DNA of 60,826 nt, counting the filler. It is 6 parts of 6 records of this genome, joined end to end, with 100 filler letters (N's around TTAATTAATTAA, not from the genome) between each part and the next. Parts side by side here need not be neighbours in the genome. Positions count along the whole stretch, not along the records: positions 28,704 to 39,423 come from SRR2962707_2532; 5 more parts are not named here. The stretch is one strand, 5' to 3'. The first letter of the stretch is position 1; each line of letters starts with the position of its first letter. Shown here one piece after another: positions 28,956 to 39,423 of the stretch. A program made the position numbers and the translations under genes. The notes under the pieces are model-generated. The model searched no databases and was not told where the DNA came from. It saw nothing but the letters and a program-made list of their open reading frames with translations.

Positions 28956-30116
28956 TTAGGCTCCCAGCGCACGCAACATCTCGCGACTAATAATGTGGCG
29001 CTGGATTTCGCTGGTACCGTCCCAAATCCGCTCCACTCTTGCATCACGCCAGAAGCGTTCAATCGGGTAATCGTCCATCAAGCCCATACCGCCGTGCAAT
29101 TGCAGCGTAGCATCTGTCACACGGGCCAGCATCTCCGACGCATAAAGCTTGGCGCTTGCGATCTCTCGGTTTGCGGGCAGACCTTTGTCCAAGCGGTCCG
29201 CAGCGGCAAGCGTCAGCAGATCAGCCGCGTCAATTTCGGTAATCATATCGGCAAGCTGGAAACTCACCCCCTGGAACTTGCCGATCTTCTGGCCGAACTG
29301 TTCGCGTGTCGCTGCATAATCCATTGCATAGTCGAACACCCTGCGTGCCCGCCCCACGGACATGGTCGCAACGGTGATGCGGGTGGCATAAAGCCACGTG
29401 TTCATCACGTCGAACCCGCTATCGACTTCGCCCAACACCTGCGCATCCGGCAGGCGGCAATCGTCGAATTCCAGAATCATGTTCTTGTAGCCCCGGTGGC
29501 TGACCGACTTGTACCCGTCGCGGATCGTAAAGCCCGGCGTGCCGCGGTCCACCAGAAAGGCGGTGATCCGCTTTTTCGGACCTTTGGGGGTCATATCTTC
29601 GCCTGTCGCGATGAAGACGATGATGAAATCGGCATGGTCCGCGCCCGAGATAAAATGCTTGGTCCCGTTCACCACCCAATCGCCACCATCGCGCCGTGCG
29701 ATGCATTTCATACCGCGCACATCCGATCCGGCACCCGGTTCAGTCATCGCGAGCGCATCCATGCGTTCGCCGCGCACGGCAGGCATCAGATAGCGGTCGA
29801 TCTGTTCGCCCTCACAGGCCATCAGGATGTTCTGCGGACGTCCGAAAAAGTGGTTCAGCGCCATCGACCCGCGCCCCAACTCGCGCTCGACCAATGCGAA
29901 CTCAAGATGGTTCAGCCCAGCGCAACCGACACTTTCGGGAAAGTTGCAGGCATAAAACCCCAGCTCGATCGTCTTGCGCTTGATCTCATCTGCGATTTCC
30001 TGGGGGACTTCACCGGTTTGTTCGACCAGTGTCTCGTGGGGGTAAATCTCTTTTTCAACAAAGCTACGCACGGTGTCGGCGATCATCAGGTTTTCTTCGG
30101 ACAGACCGTAATTCAT
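28956..30116 (-). CDS. acyl-CoA dehydrogenase
   Basis: ALAMTEPGAGSD, NGTKHFIS, REQFGQKIGKFQ, QLHGGMG, RIWDGTSEIQR. Confidence 0.96.
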   Translation of the reverse strand: MNYGLSEENLMIADTVRSFVEKEIYPHETLVEQTGEVPQEIADEIKRKTIELGFYACNFPESVGCAGLNHLEFALVERELGRGSMALNHFFGRPQNILMACEGEQIDRYLMPAVRGERMDALAMTEPGAGSDVRGMKCIARRDGGDWVVNGTKHFISGADHADFIIVFIATGEDMTPKGPKKRITAFLVDRGTPGFTIRDGYKSVSHRGYKNMILEFDDCRLPDAQVLGEVDSGFDVMNTWLYATRITVATMSVGRARRVFDYAMDYAATREQFGQKIGKFQGVSFQLADMITEIDAADLLTLAAADRLDKGLPANREIASAKLYASEMLARVTDATLQLHGGMGLMDDYPIERFWRDARVERIWDGTSEIQRHIISREMLRALGA

Positions 30117-30140
30117 TGCTGGTCTCCCGAGATACCAAGT

Positions 30141-30896
30141 TTAATGCGCATAGTTGGATCCTTCTTCGTTCAAAATTGCCTTGAGCTCTACCAGATGGCG
30201 CGCGTCTTGCTCTGGATAGCTTTCCAGCTCTTGCGCGGTTTTTTCTGCGATGTCGTCAGGGATGCGGCGCAAGGGCATGCCGGTTTGCAGGGCCCGAATA
30301 TATGTCTCGGCGGCGCGTTCGAAATAGAACAGCCGGTTGAAAGTATCGGCCACGGTATCACCAATCACCAGCACACCGTGACTGCCCATGACCATCACTT
30401 TTTGCTTGGGATCGGTCAGCAATGCGGCACAGCGCGCGCCTTCATCCTCAAACGCCAATCCGCCGTAATCTTCGTCAATCACGACGCGGTTGAAAAACGT
30501 GCAGCAGTTTTGATCGATCGGCGGCAGGCGGCTATCTTGCAAGCTGGCCAGCACGGTCGCGTGGATCGAATGCACATGCATTACACATCGTGCGTGGGCA
30601 CAGGCGCGATGCACACCACCGTGCAAGCCCCACGCGGTGGGATCGGGCGCATCGGGGCCATTCAATGTGTCGGGGTTGTTGGCATCCACCTCGATCAGAT
30701 CGCTGGCTTTGACCCTGCTAAAATGCACCTGGTTCGGGTTCATCAGAAACTTGGTGCCATCGTCATTCACTGCAAGACTAAAGTGGTTCGCGACCCCTTC
30801 GTGCATGTTCAAGCGCGCTGTCCAGCGAAACGCTGCGGCCATGTCCACGCGTTCTTGCCAGTGGTCCATATTCTGACGGATTTGCGTCACGGTCAT
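30141..30896 (-). CDS. class II aldolase/adducin family protein
   Basis: HEGVANHFS, WGLHGGVH, CVMHVHSIHAT, MGSHG; SD GGGAG before ATG 30896. Confidence 0.92.
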   Translation of the reverse strand: MTVTQIRQNMDHWQERVDMAAAFRWTARLNMHEGVANHFSLAVNDDGTKFLMNPNQVHFSRVKASDLIEVDANNPDTLNGPDAPDPTAWGLHGGVHRACAHARCVMHVHSIHATVLASLQDSRLPPIDQNCCTFFNRVVIDEDYGGLAFEDEGARCAALLTDPKQKVMVMGSHGVLVIGDTVADTFNRLFYFERAAETYIRALQTGMPLRRIPDDIAEKTAQELESYPEQDARHLVELKAILNEEGSNYAH

Positions 30897-30983
30897 CTGT
30901 GTCTCCCTGTTTTGCCCGAGCGATCGGTGTTCCTTGCGTCGCATCACCTTGAACCTCGTGCAATCTTCGTGTCAACGTCAGGC

Positions 30984-32786
30984 ATGACACATTTTCCCTT
31001 CCCCTCGTGGCCCGATGTGGCGGCTCAATTGGTATCCGTCGCTGCGGGGCGCGCGTCGGCGGATATGATTATCAGCGGCGGGGTTTGGGTCAATGTCCAC
31101 ACCCGCGAGGTTCTGCCCGATCATGACATTGCCATCGTGGCGGGACGCATTGCATTTGTTGGCCCCGATGCCAGCCATTGCAAAGGCGAGGATACGCAGG
31201 TGATCGACGCCAAGGGCCGCTATATGATCCCGGGCCTGTGTGACGGGCATATGCACATTGAAAGCGGCATGTTGACGCCAGCAGAATTCGCCCGCGCTGT
31301 GATCCCGCATGGCACCACGTCAATGTTCACCGACCCGCATGAGATCGCCAATGTTTTGGGCCTTGAAGGTGTGCGAATGATGCATGACGAGGCGCTTTTA
31401 CAACCGATCAACATATTCACCCAGATGCCATCTTGTGCGCCTTCCGCGCCGGGGATGGAAACAACAGGATTCGAGATCACCGCCGAAGACGTCGCCGAGG
31501 CGATGGAATGGCCCGGTATCATTGGTCTGGGCGAGATGATGAATTTCCCCGGCGTGACCAATGGCGACCCCAAGATGCTGGCCGAGATCGCCGCGACACA
31601 GCGGGCGGGCAAAACTGTCGGCGGACATTATGCATCGCCTGATCTGGGGCCAGCCTTTGCCGCCTATGTGGCCGGTGGGCCAGCGGATGATCACGAGGGC
31701 ACCTGCGAGGCCGACGCAATTGCGCGGATGCGTCAGGGGATGCGGTCGATGATCCGGTTGGGGTCGGCGTGGTATGACGTTGAAACGCAAATCACCGCCA
31801 TCACGGAAAAGGGGCTGGATTCGCGCAACATGATCCTGTGCACCGATGACTGCCATTCGGGCACCTTGGTCAATGACGGGCATATGAACCGGGTCGTGCG
31901 CCACGCGATTGACTGCGGCTGTGATCCGCTGGTTGCTTTGCAAATGGCGACGATCAACACGGCCACCCATTTCGGGCTGGAACGCGAGATCGGGTCGCTA
32001 ACGCCGGGACGACGGGCCGATGTGATCCTGACCTCTGATCTGAAAACACTGCCGATCGAGACCGTGATCGCACGCGGGCAAATCGTGGCGCAGGCGGGCG
32101 AATGTGTGGTGGATTGCCCGCATTACGACTGGCCCACATCCGCACGGCAAACCGTGCATATGGGCAAGACGCTTGATGCGTCCGACTTTGAGATTGCCGC
32201 CCCCAAGGGCGCAAATGCGGTCACCGCAAATGTGATCGGCGTGGTCGAAAATCAGGCCCCCACCCGCGCGCTGAAGTTCGAACTGCCGGTGACTGACGGG
32301 CGTGTGCAAGCCACCGGCGAAGTTTGCCAGATTGCACTGGTCGAACGGCACCGTGCGACCGGTACTGTGGTAAATGCCTTTGTCTCGGGGTTCGGATATG
32401 AGGGGCCGATGGCGATGGCATCGACCGTGGCCCATGACAGCCACCACATGATTGTCGTTGGCACCGATGCCGATCACATGGCGATGGCCGCCAACCGGCT
32501 GGGCGCGGTCGGCGGCGGCATCACAATCTTTAAGGACGGCAAAGAACTGGCATTGGTCGAACTGCCCATTGCAGGCCTGATGTCCGACAGCCCGGCATCC
32601 GAGGTCGCACAAAAGACCGAAGCCATGATGCAAGCCATGCGCGACTGCGGCTGCACCCTGAACAACGCCTATATGCAGCATTCCCTGCTTGCCCTTGTTG
32701 TGATCCCAGAATTGCGCATCTCGGACCTTGGGCTTGTTGATGTCCGCAGCTTTGAATTTATCCCCTTGTTAGAGCCTCATTCATGA
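30984..32786 (+). CDS. ade: adenine deaminase
   Basis: PGLCDGHMHIESGM, DPHEIANV, LGEMMNFPGV, CTDD, STVAHDSHH; true start is 30984, inside the 1344-aa ORF. Confidence 0.95.
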   Translation: MTHFPFPSWPDVAAQLVSVAAGRASADMIISGGVWVNVHTREVLPDHDIAIVAGRIAFVGPDASHCKGEDTQVIDAKGRYMIPGLCDGHMHIESGMLTPAEFARAVIPHGTTSMFTDPHEIANVLGLEGVRMMHDEALLQPINIFTQMPSCAPSAPGMETTGFEITAEDVAEAMEWPGIIGLGEMMNFPGVTNGDPKMLAEIAATQRAGKTVGGHYASPDLGPAFAAYVAGGPADDHEGTCEADAIARMRQGMRSMIRLGSAWYDVETQITAITEKGLDSRNMILCTDDCHSGTLVNDGHMNRVVRHAIDCGCDPLVALQMATINTATHFGLEREIGSLTPGRRADVILTSDLKTLPIETVIARGQIVAQAGECVVDCPHYDWPTSARQTVHMGKTLDASDFEIAAPKGANAVTANVIGVVENQAPTRALKFELPVTDGRVQATGEVCQIALVERHRATGTVVNAFVSGFGYEGPMAMASTVAHDSHHMIVVGTDADHMAMAANRLGAVGGGITIFKDGKELALVELPIAGLMSDSPASEVAQKTEAMMQAMRDCGCTLNNAYMQHSLLALVVIPELRISDLGLVDVRSFEFIPLLEPHS

Positions 32787-34246
32787 CCCGTATCCTAAGC
32801 CCCGACAGCCCCCCAGCCGAGCAATTCACCGATGCGAAGAAAGCTGTCGAGCGGCTGATTTCGCTTTATCAGCAAGCGACGGGTTTTCTGACTGAACATT
32901 TTCAGAAAGCCATGGATGAGGCCGCAACGGATACCCGGATCAGGGCATTCTATCCTGAAATCCGCTTTACCACGTCAACCTATGCGCAGGTCGATTCGCG
33001 GCTTTCTTTTGGTCATGTGTCGAACCCCGGCACCTATGCTGCGACCATCACCCGCCCCGAATTGTTCAAACACTACCTGACACAGCAAATCGGCCTACTG
33101 ATTGAAAACCACGGGCAACCTGTCGTCATAGATGTCTCGGACACTCCGATCCCGGTGCATTTTGCGGTTTCTGGCGATGCCGCGATTACGATCCCGCATG
33201 ACGGGGCGGCAGAATTCACCCTGCGGGATGTGTTTGATGTGCCCGATTTAAGCACCACCAACGATGACATCGTAAACGGCACATATACGCCCTCGAATGG
33301 TGTGGGCGCTTTGGCACCTTTCACGGCACAGCGTGTTGATTATTCGCTGGCGCGGCTGGCCCATTACACGGCGACCGATCCCGATCATTTTCAGTGCCAC
33401 GTGCTGTTCACCAACTATCAGTTCTATGTGACCGAATTCGAAGAATATGCCCGCGCCATGCTGCGCGACCCCGACAGCGGTTATACGTCGTTTGTCTCCA
33501 CCGGGGATGTTGAAATCACAGACGGCGACGCGCCTTTGCCCGGGACCGGCAAAACACCGCAAATGCCAACCTACCACCTGAAACGGGCAAACGGGTCTGG
33601 CATTACGCTGGTCAACATCGGTGTCGGCCCATCAAACGCGAAAACAGCCACCGACCACATCGCCGTGCTGCGCCCGCATGCATGGCTGATGGTGGGCCAC
33701 TGCGCCGGACTGCGCAACACGCAACAGCTTGGCGATTTTGTGCTGGCCCACGCCTATCTGCGCGAAGATCACGTGTTGGATGATGACCTGCCCGTCTGGG
33801 TACCGATCCCCGCGCTGGCCGAAATCCAGATCGCATTGGAAGATGCCGTCGAACAGGTGACCCAGCTTGAGGGGTACGAGTTGAAACGCATCATGCGCAC
33901 AGGCACCGTGGCAACCATCGACAACCGCAATTGGGAATTGCGCGATCAATCTGGCCCCGTTCAACGTTTGTCGCAATCGCGTGCCGTCGCGTTGGACATG
34001 GAAAGCGCCACAATCGCAGCAAACGGATACCGCTTTAGAGTGCCCTATGGCACGCTTCTATGTGTGTCAGACAAGCCCCTTCATGGTGAGCTAAAGCTGC
34101 CTGGCATGGCCTCAGGGTTCTACAAAACACAGGTCGCACGGCATCTGATGATCGGAATTCGCGCCATGGAACTGCTGCGTGATATGCCGCTGGAAAGGCT
34201 TCACAGCCGAAAACTGCGATCATTTGAAGAAACCGCCTTCCTTTAA
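32783..34246 (+). CDS. amn: AMP nucleosidase
   Basis: FTAQRVDYSLARL, LFTNYQFYV, VNIGVGPSNAKT, DMESATIA, VSDKPLHGELK, LHSRKLRSF. Confidence 0.96.
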   Translation: MTRILSPDSPPAEQFTDAKKAVERLISLYQQATGFLTEHFQKAMDEAATDTRIRAFYPEIRFTTSTYAQVDSRLSFGHVSNPGTYAATITRPELFKHYLTQQIGLLIENHGQPVVIDVSDTPIPVHFAVSGDAAITIPHDGAAEFTLRDVFDVPDLSTTNDDIVNGTYTPSNGVGALAPFTAQRVDYSLARLAHYTATDPDHFQCHVLFTNYQFYVTEFEEYARAMLRDPDSGYTSFVSTGDVEITDGDAPLPGTGKTPQMPTYHLKRANGSGITLVNIGVGPSNAKTATDHIAVLRPHAWLMVGHCAGLRNTQQLGDFVLAHAYLREDHVLDDDLPVWVPIPALAEIQIALEDAVEQVTQLEGYELKRIMRTGTVATIDNRNWELRDQSGPVQRLSQSRAVALDMESATIAANGYRFRVPYGTLLCVSDKPLHGELKLPGMASGFYKTQVARHLMIGIRAMELLRDMPLERLHSRKLRSFEETAFL

Positions 34247-34374
34247 ACGGGTAAAAATGCAGAAAAGCGCACGTTTTCGCTCATTTTCAGCACCTATTCG
34301 TTGTGTTCTCACACTACATACCGTTACATTCTGCCCGTGAGGCCCTAATTCGGGCGGACGAAGGAGAAAAAAAG

Positions 34375-34665
34375 ATGGCTACAAAACCAATGACAAAAAC
34401 CCAGCTCGTCGCAGCTCTGGCCGACGAAATGGGCACAGACAAAAAAGCGGCTGGCTCTGCACTTGATGCAGTATGTGCTTTGATCACAAAAGAAGTCTCC
34501 GGCGGCGGCGCTGTGACACTTCCTGGCATCGGCAAAATCTATTGCCGTGAACGTCCAGAGCGCATGGTACGCAACCCTGCGACCGGCGAACAGTTCAAGA
34601 AAGAAGCGGACAAGGTCGTTAAGATGACCATCGCGAAAGCGTTGAAAGACAGCGTTAACGGCTAA
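34375..34665 (+). CDS. hup: HU family DNA-binding protein
   Basis: MTKTQLVAALA...VTLPGIGKI...RMVRNPATGE...AKALKDSVN; SD AAGGAG. Confidence 0.92.
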   Translation: MATKPMTKTQLVAALADEMGTDKKAAGSALDAVCALITKEVSGGGAVTLPGIGKIYCRERPERMVRNPATGEQFKKEADKVVKMTIAKALKDSVNG

Positions 34666-34685
34666 GTCTGGCAACAGGTTTATCC

Positions 34686-34715
34686 AAAAGGGTCGCCCTA
34701 GGGCGGCCCTTTTTT
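34686..34715 (+). terminator. intrinsic terminator after hup
   Basis: AAAAGGGTCGCCCTAGGGCGGCCCTTTTTT. Confidence 0.88.
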
Positions 34716-34797
34716 ATTGCCATCAAGGCACCGGCTCTTGCGCATCAAACGCATCTAAGAAAAGGTCAGCCGATCAAGGTTTCAGAAAGGCCCCCTC

Positions 34798-35667
34798 ATG
34801 GATATTCGCGCTATTCTTGCGGGGCTTGCCTTTGCTTTTATGTGGTCGTCGGCCTTTACCTCCGCCCGTATCATCGTGGCTGACGCCTCCCCCCTGATGG
34901 CGCTTTCCGCGCGTTTTCTGATCTCGGGGCTGCTGGGGGTCGGCATTGCGCTGGCCATGGGCCAAACATGGCGGCTGACCAAGGCCCAATGGCGCGCGAC
35001 CATCATCTTTGGCATCTTGCAAAACGCTGTGTATCTGGGCCTGAACTTTGTTGCGATGCAGACGGTGCAAGCATCACTGGCCGCGATTATTGCGTCGACC
35101 ATGCCGCTTTTGGCCGGGTTGGCAACATGGCTGTTCCTTGGCGAAAAACTGAAACCGCTCGGCATTGCGGGTCTGGTCGCGGGTGTTGTCGGGGTGTCGA
35201 TCATCATGGGCGCGCGGATCAGCGGCGGTGTTGATATGATGGGCCTGATGTTGTGCGGGATTAGCGTGCTGGCCTTGACTGCGGCCACGTTGCTGGTGCG
35301 CGGGGCGACGTCCGGTGGTAACTTTATGATGGTTGTGGGCCTGCAAATGCTGGTGGGCTGTGTGACGCTCACGCTTGCTACGCTGTTGTTCGAGACCCCG
35401 CATATCACCCCAAGCTGGCCGCTTTTTGCGGCGTTCGCCTATACGTGTTTGGTGCCGGGCCTTCTGGCAACTGTTGTCTGGTTCTGGCTGGTGAACCGTA
35501 TTGGCGCAACGCGCGCTGCAACATTCCACTTCTTGAACCCGTTTTTCGGGGTGGCGATCGCAGGTATATTGCTCGGCGAACCTTTGGGTGGGCAAGATAT
35601 CCTAGGCGTCATCATCATCACCTTTGGCATTCTGGCCGTTCAAACTTCACGGCAACGCACCGTTTAA
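34798..35667 (+). CDS. DMT/EamA family transporter
   Basis: About 10 TM helices; MWSSAF, LFLGEKL, FHFLNPFFGVAIAGILLGE. Confidence 0.93.
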   Translation: MDIRAILAGLAFAFMWSSAFTSARIIVADASPLMALSARFLISGLLGVGIALAMGQTWRLTKAQWRATIIFGILQNAVYLGLNFVAMQTVQASLAAIIASTMPLLAGLATWLFLGEKLKPLGIAGLVAGVVGVSIIMGARISGGVDMMGLMLCGISVLALTAATLLVRGATSGGNFMMVVGLQMLVGCVTLTLATLLFETPHITPSWPLFAAFAYTCLVPGLLATVVWFWLVNRIGATRAATFHFLNPFFGVAIAGILLGEPLGGQDILGVIIITFGILAVQTSRQRTV

Positions 35668-35675
35668 GGGATGTT

Positions 35676-35719
35676 CGTTTTCTTTCAAAGAAAACGGCCC
35701 GGAATTTTCAAAAATTCCG
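35676..35719. repeat. twin AT-rich palindromes (second REP-like type)
   Basis: CGTTTTCTTT-C-AAAGAAAACG and CGGAATTTT-CA-AAAATTCCG. Confidence 0.65.
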
Positions 35720-35782
35720 CCACCGCCCAATTGCACTCGTGCGCATAAACAGCCTCACGAAAAGGTGCGTTACTTCAACAAA

Positions 35783-35813
35783 CCCTTTGAAAATTTCGCG
35801 CCAGCCCCATCTA
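35783..35813 (+). promoter_or_regulatory. RpoH (sigma32)-type promoter of msrB-msrA
   Basis: CCCTTTGAA-13 nt-CCCCATCTA matches the CTTGAA-N13-17-CCCCATNTA consensus. Confidence 0.75.
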
Positions 35814-35841
35814 ATATATCAAGACCGCAAAGGAGACATCC

Positions 35842-36291
35842 ATGCCCAAGTATCAAAAGACCCCCGACGCCGTCGCGGCCCTGTCACCCGAGGAATACCA
35901 CGTCACCCAGCAAAGCGGGACAGAGCGCCCCGGCACCGGCAAGCTGCTTAGCAACAAAGAGCCGGGCATTTACGTAGACATCGTATCAGGCGAGCCCTTG
36001 TTCGCGTCAGCCGATAAATACGAATCCGGCTGCGGGTGGCCCAGCTTTACCAAAGCGATTGAACCCGCATATGTGAACGAATTGCGGGACGACACCCTTG
36101 GTATGATCCGCACCGAAGTGCGCAGCACACATGGCGACAGCCATTTGGGTCATGTCTTTCCCGATGGCCCACCGGACCGTGGCGGGCTACGATATTGCAT
36201 CAATTCTGCCTCGCTTCGCTTTGTTCATCGCGACGATATGGAAGCCGAAGGATATGGAGACTACATCAATCAGGTGGAGAACGTAGCATGA
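35842..36291 (+). CDS. msrB: peptide-methionine (R)-S-oxide reductase
   Basis: [38 protein letters not shown]. Confidence 0.97.
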   Translation: MPKYQKTPDAVAALSPEEYHVTQQSGTERPGTGKLLSNKEPGIYVDIVSGEPLFASADKYESGCGWPSFTKAIEPAYVNELRDDTLGMIRTEVRSTHGDSHLGHVFPDGPPDRGGLRYCINSASLRFVHRDDMEAEGYGDYINQVENVA

Positions 36292-36797
36292 CACAACAAC
36301 GCGCAGTATTGGCCGGTGGATGCTTTTGGGGCATGCAAGATTTGATCCGGAAACGCGACGGGGTCATTGCGACCCGTGTCGGGTATTCTGGTGGCGACGT
36401 GCCCAATGCGACCTATCGCGATCACGGCACCCATGCCGAAGTGATCGAAGTGATCTTTAACGACGAGGTTCTAAGTTATCGTGATTTGCTAGAGCTGTTT
36501 TTCCAGATCCACGATCCATCGACTCTGAACCGCCAAGGCAATGACCGCGGTCTAAGTTACCGTTCCGCAATCTACTATGAGAACGATGATCAAAAGGCCG
36601 TAGCTCTGGATACAATCGCCGACGTCGACGCGTCAGGCATCTGGCCTGCAAAGGTCGTAACCGAAGTCGAACCCGTTGGCGATTTTTGGGAGGCCGAAAC
36701 CGAGCACCAAGACTACCTTGAGCGGATTCCAAATGGCTATACCTGCCACTTCCCCCGTCCTAATTGGGTTTTGCCCAAGCGCGCAGCCGCTGAGTAA
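36288..36797 (+). CDS. msrA: peptide-methionine (S)-S-oxide reductase
   Basis: [31 protein letters not shown] overlap with msrB. Confidence 0.97.
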   Translation: MTQQRAVLAGGCFWGMQDLIRKRDGVIATRVGYSGGDVPNATYRDHGTHAEVIEVIFNDEVLSYRDLLELFFQIHDPSTLNRQGNDRGLSYRSAIYYENDDQKAVALDTIADVDASGIWPAKVVTEVEPVGDFWEAETEHQDYLERIPNGYTCHFPRPNWVLPKRAAAE

Positions 36798-36851
36798 TCA
36801 GCTATAGCAACCGGCTGACAACGCAAGGTTTTCCAAGGTTATCGTTATTGT

Positions 36852-36888
36852 ACCGCCAGCGAATAAATTCGCTGGCGGTTTACTTTTT
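36852..36888 (+). terminator. intrinsic terminator after msrA
   Basis: ACCGCCAGCGAAT-AA-ATTCGCTGGCGGT followed by TTACTTTTT. Confidence 0.75.
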
Positions 36889-37046
36889 AACCTATAACTA
36901 CGCGTTTCCCCACTTTCGAATGAGAAATACGAGCCGAACTGGTTACCCGGTATCGGACGTGTCGACAATTATAGTCGCCACGCACCAATACCGCGCGCCG
37001 CGACTATATTTCAAATATGGCCATATGATGGTCCTGATGCAAACTA

Positions 37047-37062
37047 TTAACAAAAGGTTAAC
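37047..37062. promoter_or_regulatory. full CtrA-binding consensus
   Basis: TTAA-CAAAAGG-TTAAC (TTAA-N7-TTAAC). Confidence 0.65.
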
Positions 37063-37084
37063 AAAATAAAGATTCTGTTAATTT

Positions 37085-39091
37085 TTATCCGTTTGCGATT
37101 CTGGGGCGTCCCGTGGCCTCGACCGTGATCACCGCTTCGATAAAAACTTCGCGGTTTTCGACCTTGGAGGTGCGAATATCATGCGCGCATTTCACTTGAA
37201 TATCTGCAACGCCAGCGGTCTGCGCGCCTGACACAGCCTTCTGCCGCAGCGCATCCTCAAGCTGCGCGATGGCGCTGGCCTGATCGGTGAAATCCTGCGG
37301 TCCACTGATCAGGTGAACACGGTATCGCCCTTCGCTGGGCGATGTGACCGTGCCGCTTTCGCGCATCGTCACACGACCAACCACAGCCCCAATGGCGTTT
37401 GCCACATCCGCATGTTCCGGCAAAATCATCTGCGCGCCAAGCATTCGCCCAACCGCAGGATAATAAGCCGCCGCCGAGGCACCCAGCCCGATCACCGGAA
37501 CATTCAGCGCAGCATCTATCCGCAAAAGTCCCCGATGCCCCATCAACCCCCTTTGCAGCAAAACGTGGCGCGCCAGCACGTCGGGGGGGGCATCAAATGC
37601 CGGATCTTCTTCTGCAAAAGCGGTTTCCAGCAATGCCAGTGCGGTTTGATGCGTCAGCTGATCAACAATCATCTGCGCCATCACATCAGGGTCGGGGGCC
37701 AACATATTGCCCGCCCCCGTCCGCCGACGCCCGAATAGACCCAAGGCCTTGCGCGCAGCATCTGTATCCCACGCGTCAACGCGGCCCAGTACATGGCTTG
37801 CGTCCGACGGCGTCACACCGGCAATCTGAACCAGCCCGCGTTCAACCAACCGTTGCAGCGCGCCTGTCTCGATCCGCGAGCGCAGGATATTGCCCAGCGG
37901 ATGCACGCCATCGCCGATGCGTTCCAGCAGGGCGCTCTCGCGGGGGCCGATACCTTCATGGGTTTGGCCCGCAACGGCCCGCACGAACCTTGCGTCAAAT
38001 TCACCCGGCGTGGCGGTGCGCAACTGCGTATCCAATGCATCGTGGACAATGTCCGGCGCATCGACGGCCACCAACGATACCGGCAACAAACGTCTAGGCC
38101 CCAGCGTGATACCACCCTGCAGCCCCTCGGTCAGGAAATGTACCTCGCTATCACCGCCCAGACCCGTCGTGCGCATCGCCACTGCTTCGACCATGGTACG
38201 GTATGGCCCGACTTGGGCACCTGCTGGATCAATTGCCGGCCGCCCTTCACGCAGCAAGGCCACATCGGTTGTGGTCCCGCCAATGTCACTGACCAATGCA
38301 TGATCCGCGCCCGTCATCCAACGCGCCCCGACGATCGACGCCGCCGGCCCGCTTAGGATCGTCTCGATCGGGCACTCGCGGGCTTGGCTCGCTGAAATCA
38401 GCGCCCCGTCGCCGCGCACCACCATCAAAGGGGCCGTCACACCAATCTCGGTCAGCACATCCTCGGCGCGGCCAATCAAGCGGTCAATCATCCCGATCAA
38501 ACGTGCGTTCAAAACAGCCGTCAGCGCGCGTTTTGGGCCATTCAACTTGGCCGACAATTGATGCGACGATGAAACCGGTTTGCCCGTCAACTGCGTCACA
38601 AGATCGGCCACCCGCAACTCATGCGCAGGGTTGCGGGTGGCGAACTGGCTGGCAACAGCAAAGCCGCTCACATCCCCTTTGTGCTGCTCAAGGAAAGCAA
38701 TCAATGCGTTCTCATCCAGCGGGGTCGCTTCGCTGCCGGCATGGTCATGACCGCCCGCCAGGATCAGATACGGATCACCCTTTAACGCGTCGGCCAATCC
38801 ATGGGCCTGCAAATCCCGCTCCTTGAAGCCGACATAGATCAGCGCAACTCGACCGCCCTGCCCTTCGACCAGCGCATTCGTCGCCAGCGTTGTCGACAAG
38901 GACGCAAGCGACACATCAGCCGCGCTTACATCCGCCTTGGCCAGTACTGCGCGCACCGCATTTCCGACGCCAATCGCAAGATCATTCCGGGTTGTCAGCG
39001 CCTTGGCCGACGCAATCACAGTCTTTTCGTCACGGATCACCACCGCATCCGTATAGGTTCCGCCGGTATCAACACCCAGAAGCAACGCCAT
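37085..39091 (-). CDS. hydantoinase/oxoprolinase family protein
   Basis: GVDTGGTYTD, STTLATNALVEG, ETILSGPAAS, SDIGGTTTD, VANAIGA. Confidence 0.92.
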   Translation of the reverse strand: MALLLGVDTGGTYTDAVVIRDEKTVIASAKALTTRNDLAIGVGNAVRAVLAKADVSAADVSLASLSTTLATNALVEGQGGRVALIYVGFKERDLQAHGLADALKGDPYLILAGGHDHAGSEATPLDENALIAFLEQHKGDVSGFAVASQFATRNPAHELRVADLVTQLTGKPVSSSHQLSAKLNGPKRALTAVLNARLIGMIDRLIGRAEDVLTEIGVTAPLMVVRGDGALISASQARECPIETILSGPAASIVGARWMTGADHALVSDIGGTTTDVALLREGRPAIDPAGAQVGPYRTMVEAVAMRTTGLGGDSEVHFLTEGLQGGITLGPRRLLPVSLVAVDAPDIVHDALDTQLRTATPGEFDARFVRAVAGQTHEGIGPRESALLERIGDGVHPLGNILRSRIETGALQRLVERGLVQIAGVTPSDASHVLGRVDAWDTDAARKALGLFGRRRTGAGNMLAPDPDVMAQMIVDQLTHQTALALLETAFAEEDPAFDAPPDVLARHVLLQRGLMGHRGLLRIDAALNVPVIGLGASAAAYYPAVGRMLGAQMILPEHADVANAIGAVVGRVTMRESGTVTSPSEGRYRVHLISGPQDFTDQASAIAQLEDALRQKAVSGAQTAGVADIQVKCAHDIRTSKVENREVFIEAVITVEATGRPRIANG

Positions 39092-39156
39092 CGTCTTCTC
39101 CTTGAACTATTCGCACGGGTTTAGAGATAACCCCGTTCAGGTCCAGCCTGTTTGCG

Positions 39157-39423
39157 TCATTTTGCGGTCAAGCGGGCCACCGCCCAACGTGCCGCATCCG
39201 CCACGGCGGCATCAGGGTCCTGGACTAAAGGTTGCGCCGCTGCCGAAAGCCGCGGCTTGCCCGAATTTCCGATGGCATAAAGGACATTGCGAATGAACCG
39301 ATCCCGCCCGATCCTCTTGATCGGAGACCCCGAGAACCGCGCGCGAAATGCCGTATCATCAAGCGTTACGAGGTCGGCCAGATCAGGTGCGCCCACCCCG
39401 CCGTGATAGCGCATATCGCTGGC
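39157..39423 (-). CDS. queG: 3' end of epoxyqueuosine reductase (partial)
   Basis: [30 protein letters not shown]...AARWA. Confidence 0.9.
   Translation of the reverse strand, partial: ASDMRYHGGVGAPDLADLVTLDDTAFRARFSGSPIKRIGRDRFIRNVLYAIGNSGKPRLSAAAQPLVQDPDAAVADAARWAVARLTAK

Noticed and set aside
28752-30983. 1344-aa ORF suggesting a giant adenine deaminase fusion
   Set aside because: The first 744 codons are the antisense shadow of the acyl-CoA dehydrogenase and class II aldolase genes; ade starts at 30984.
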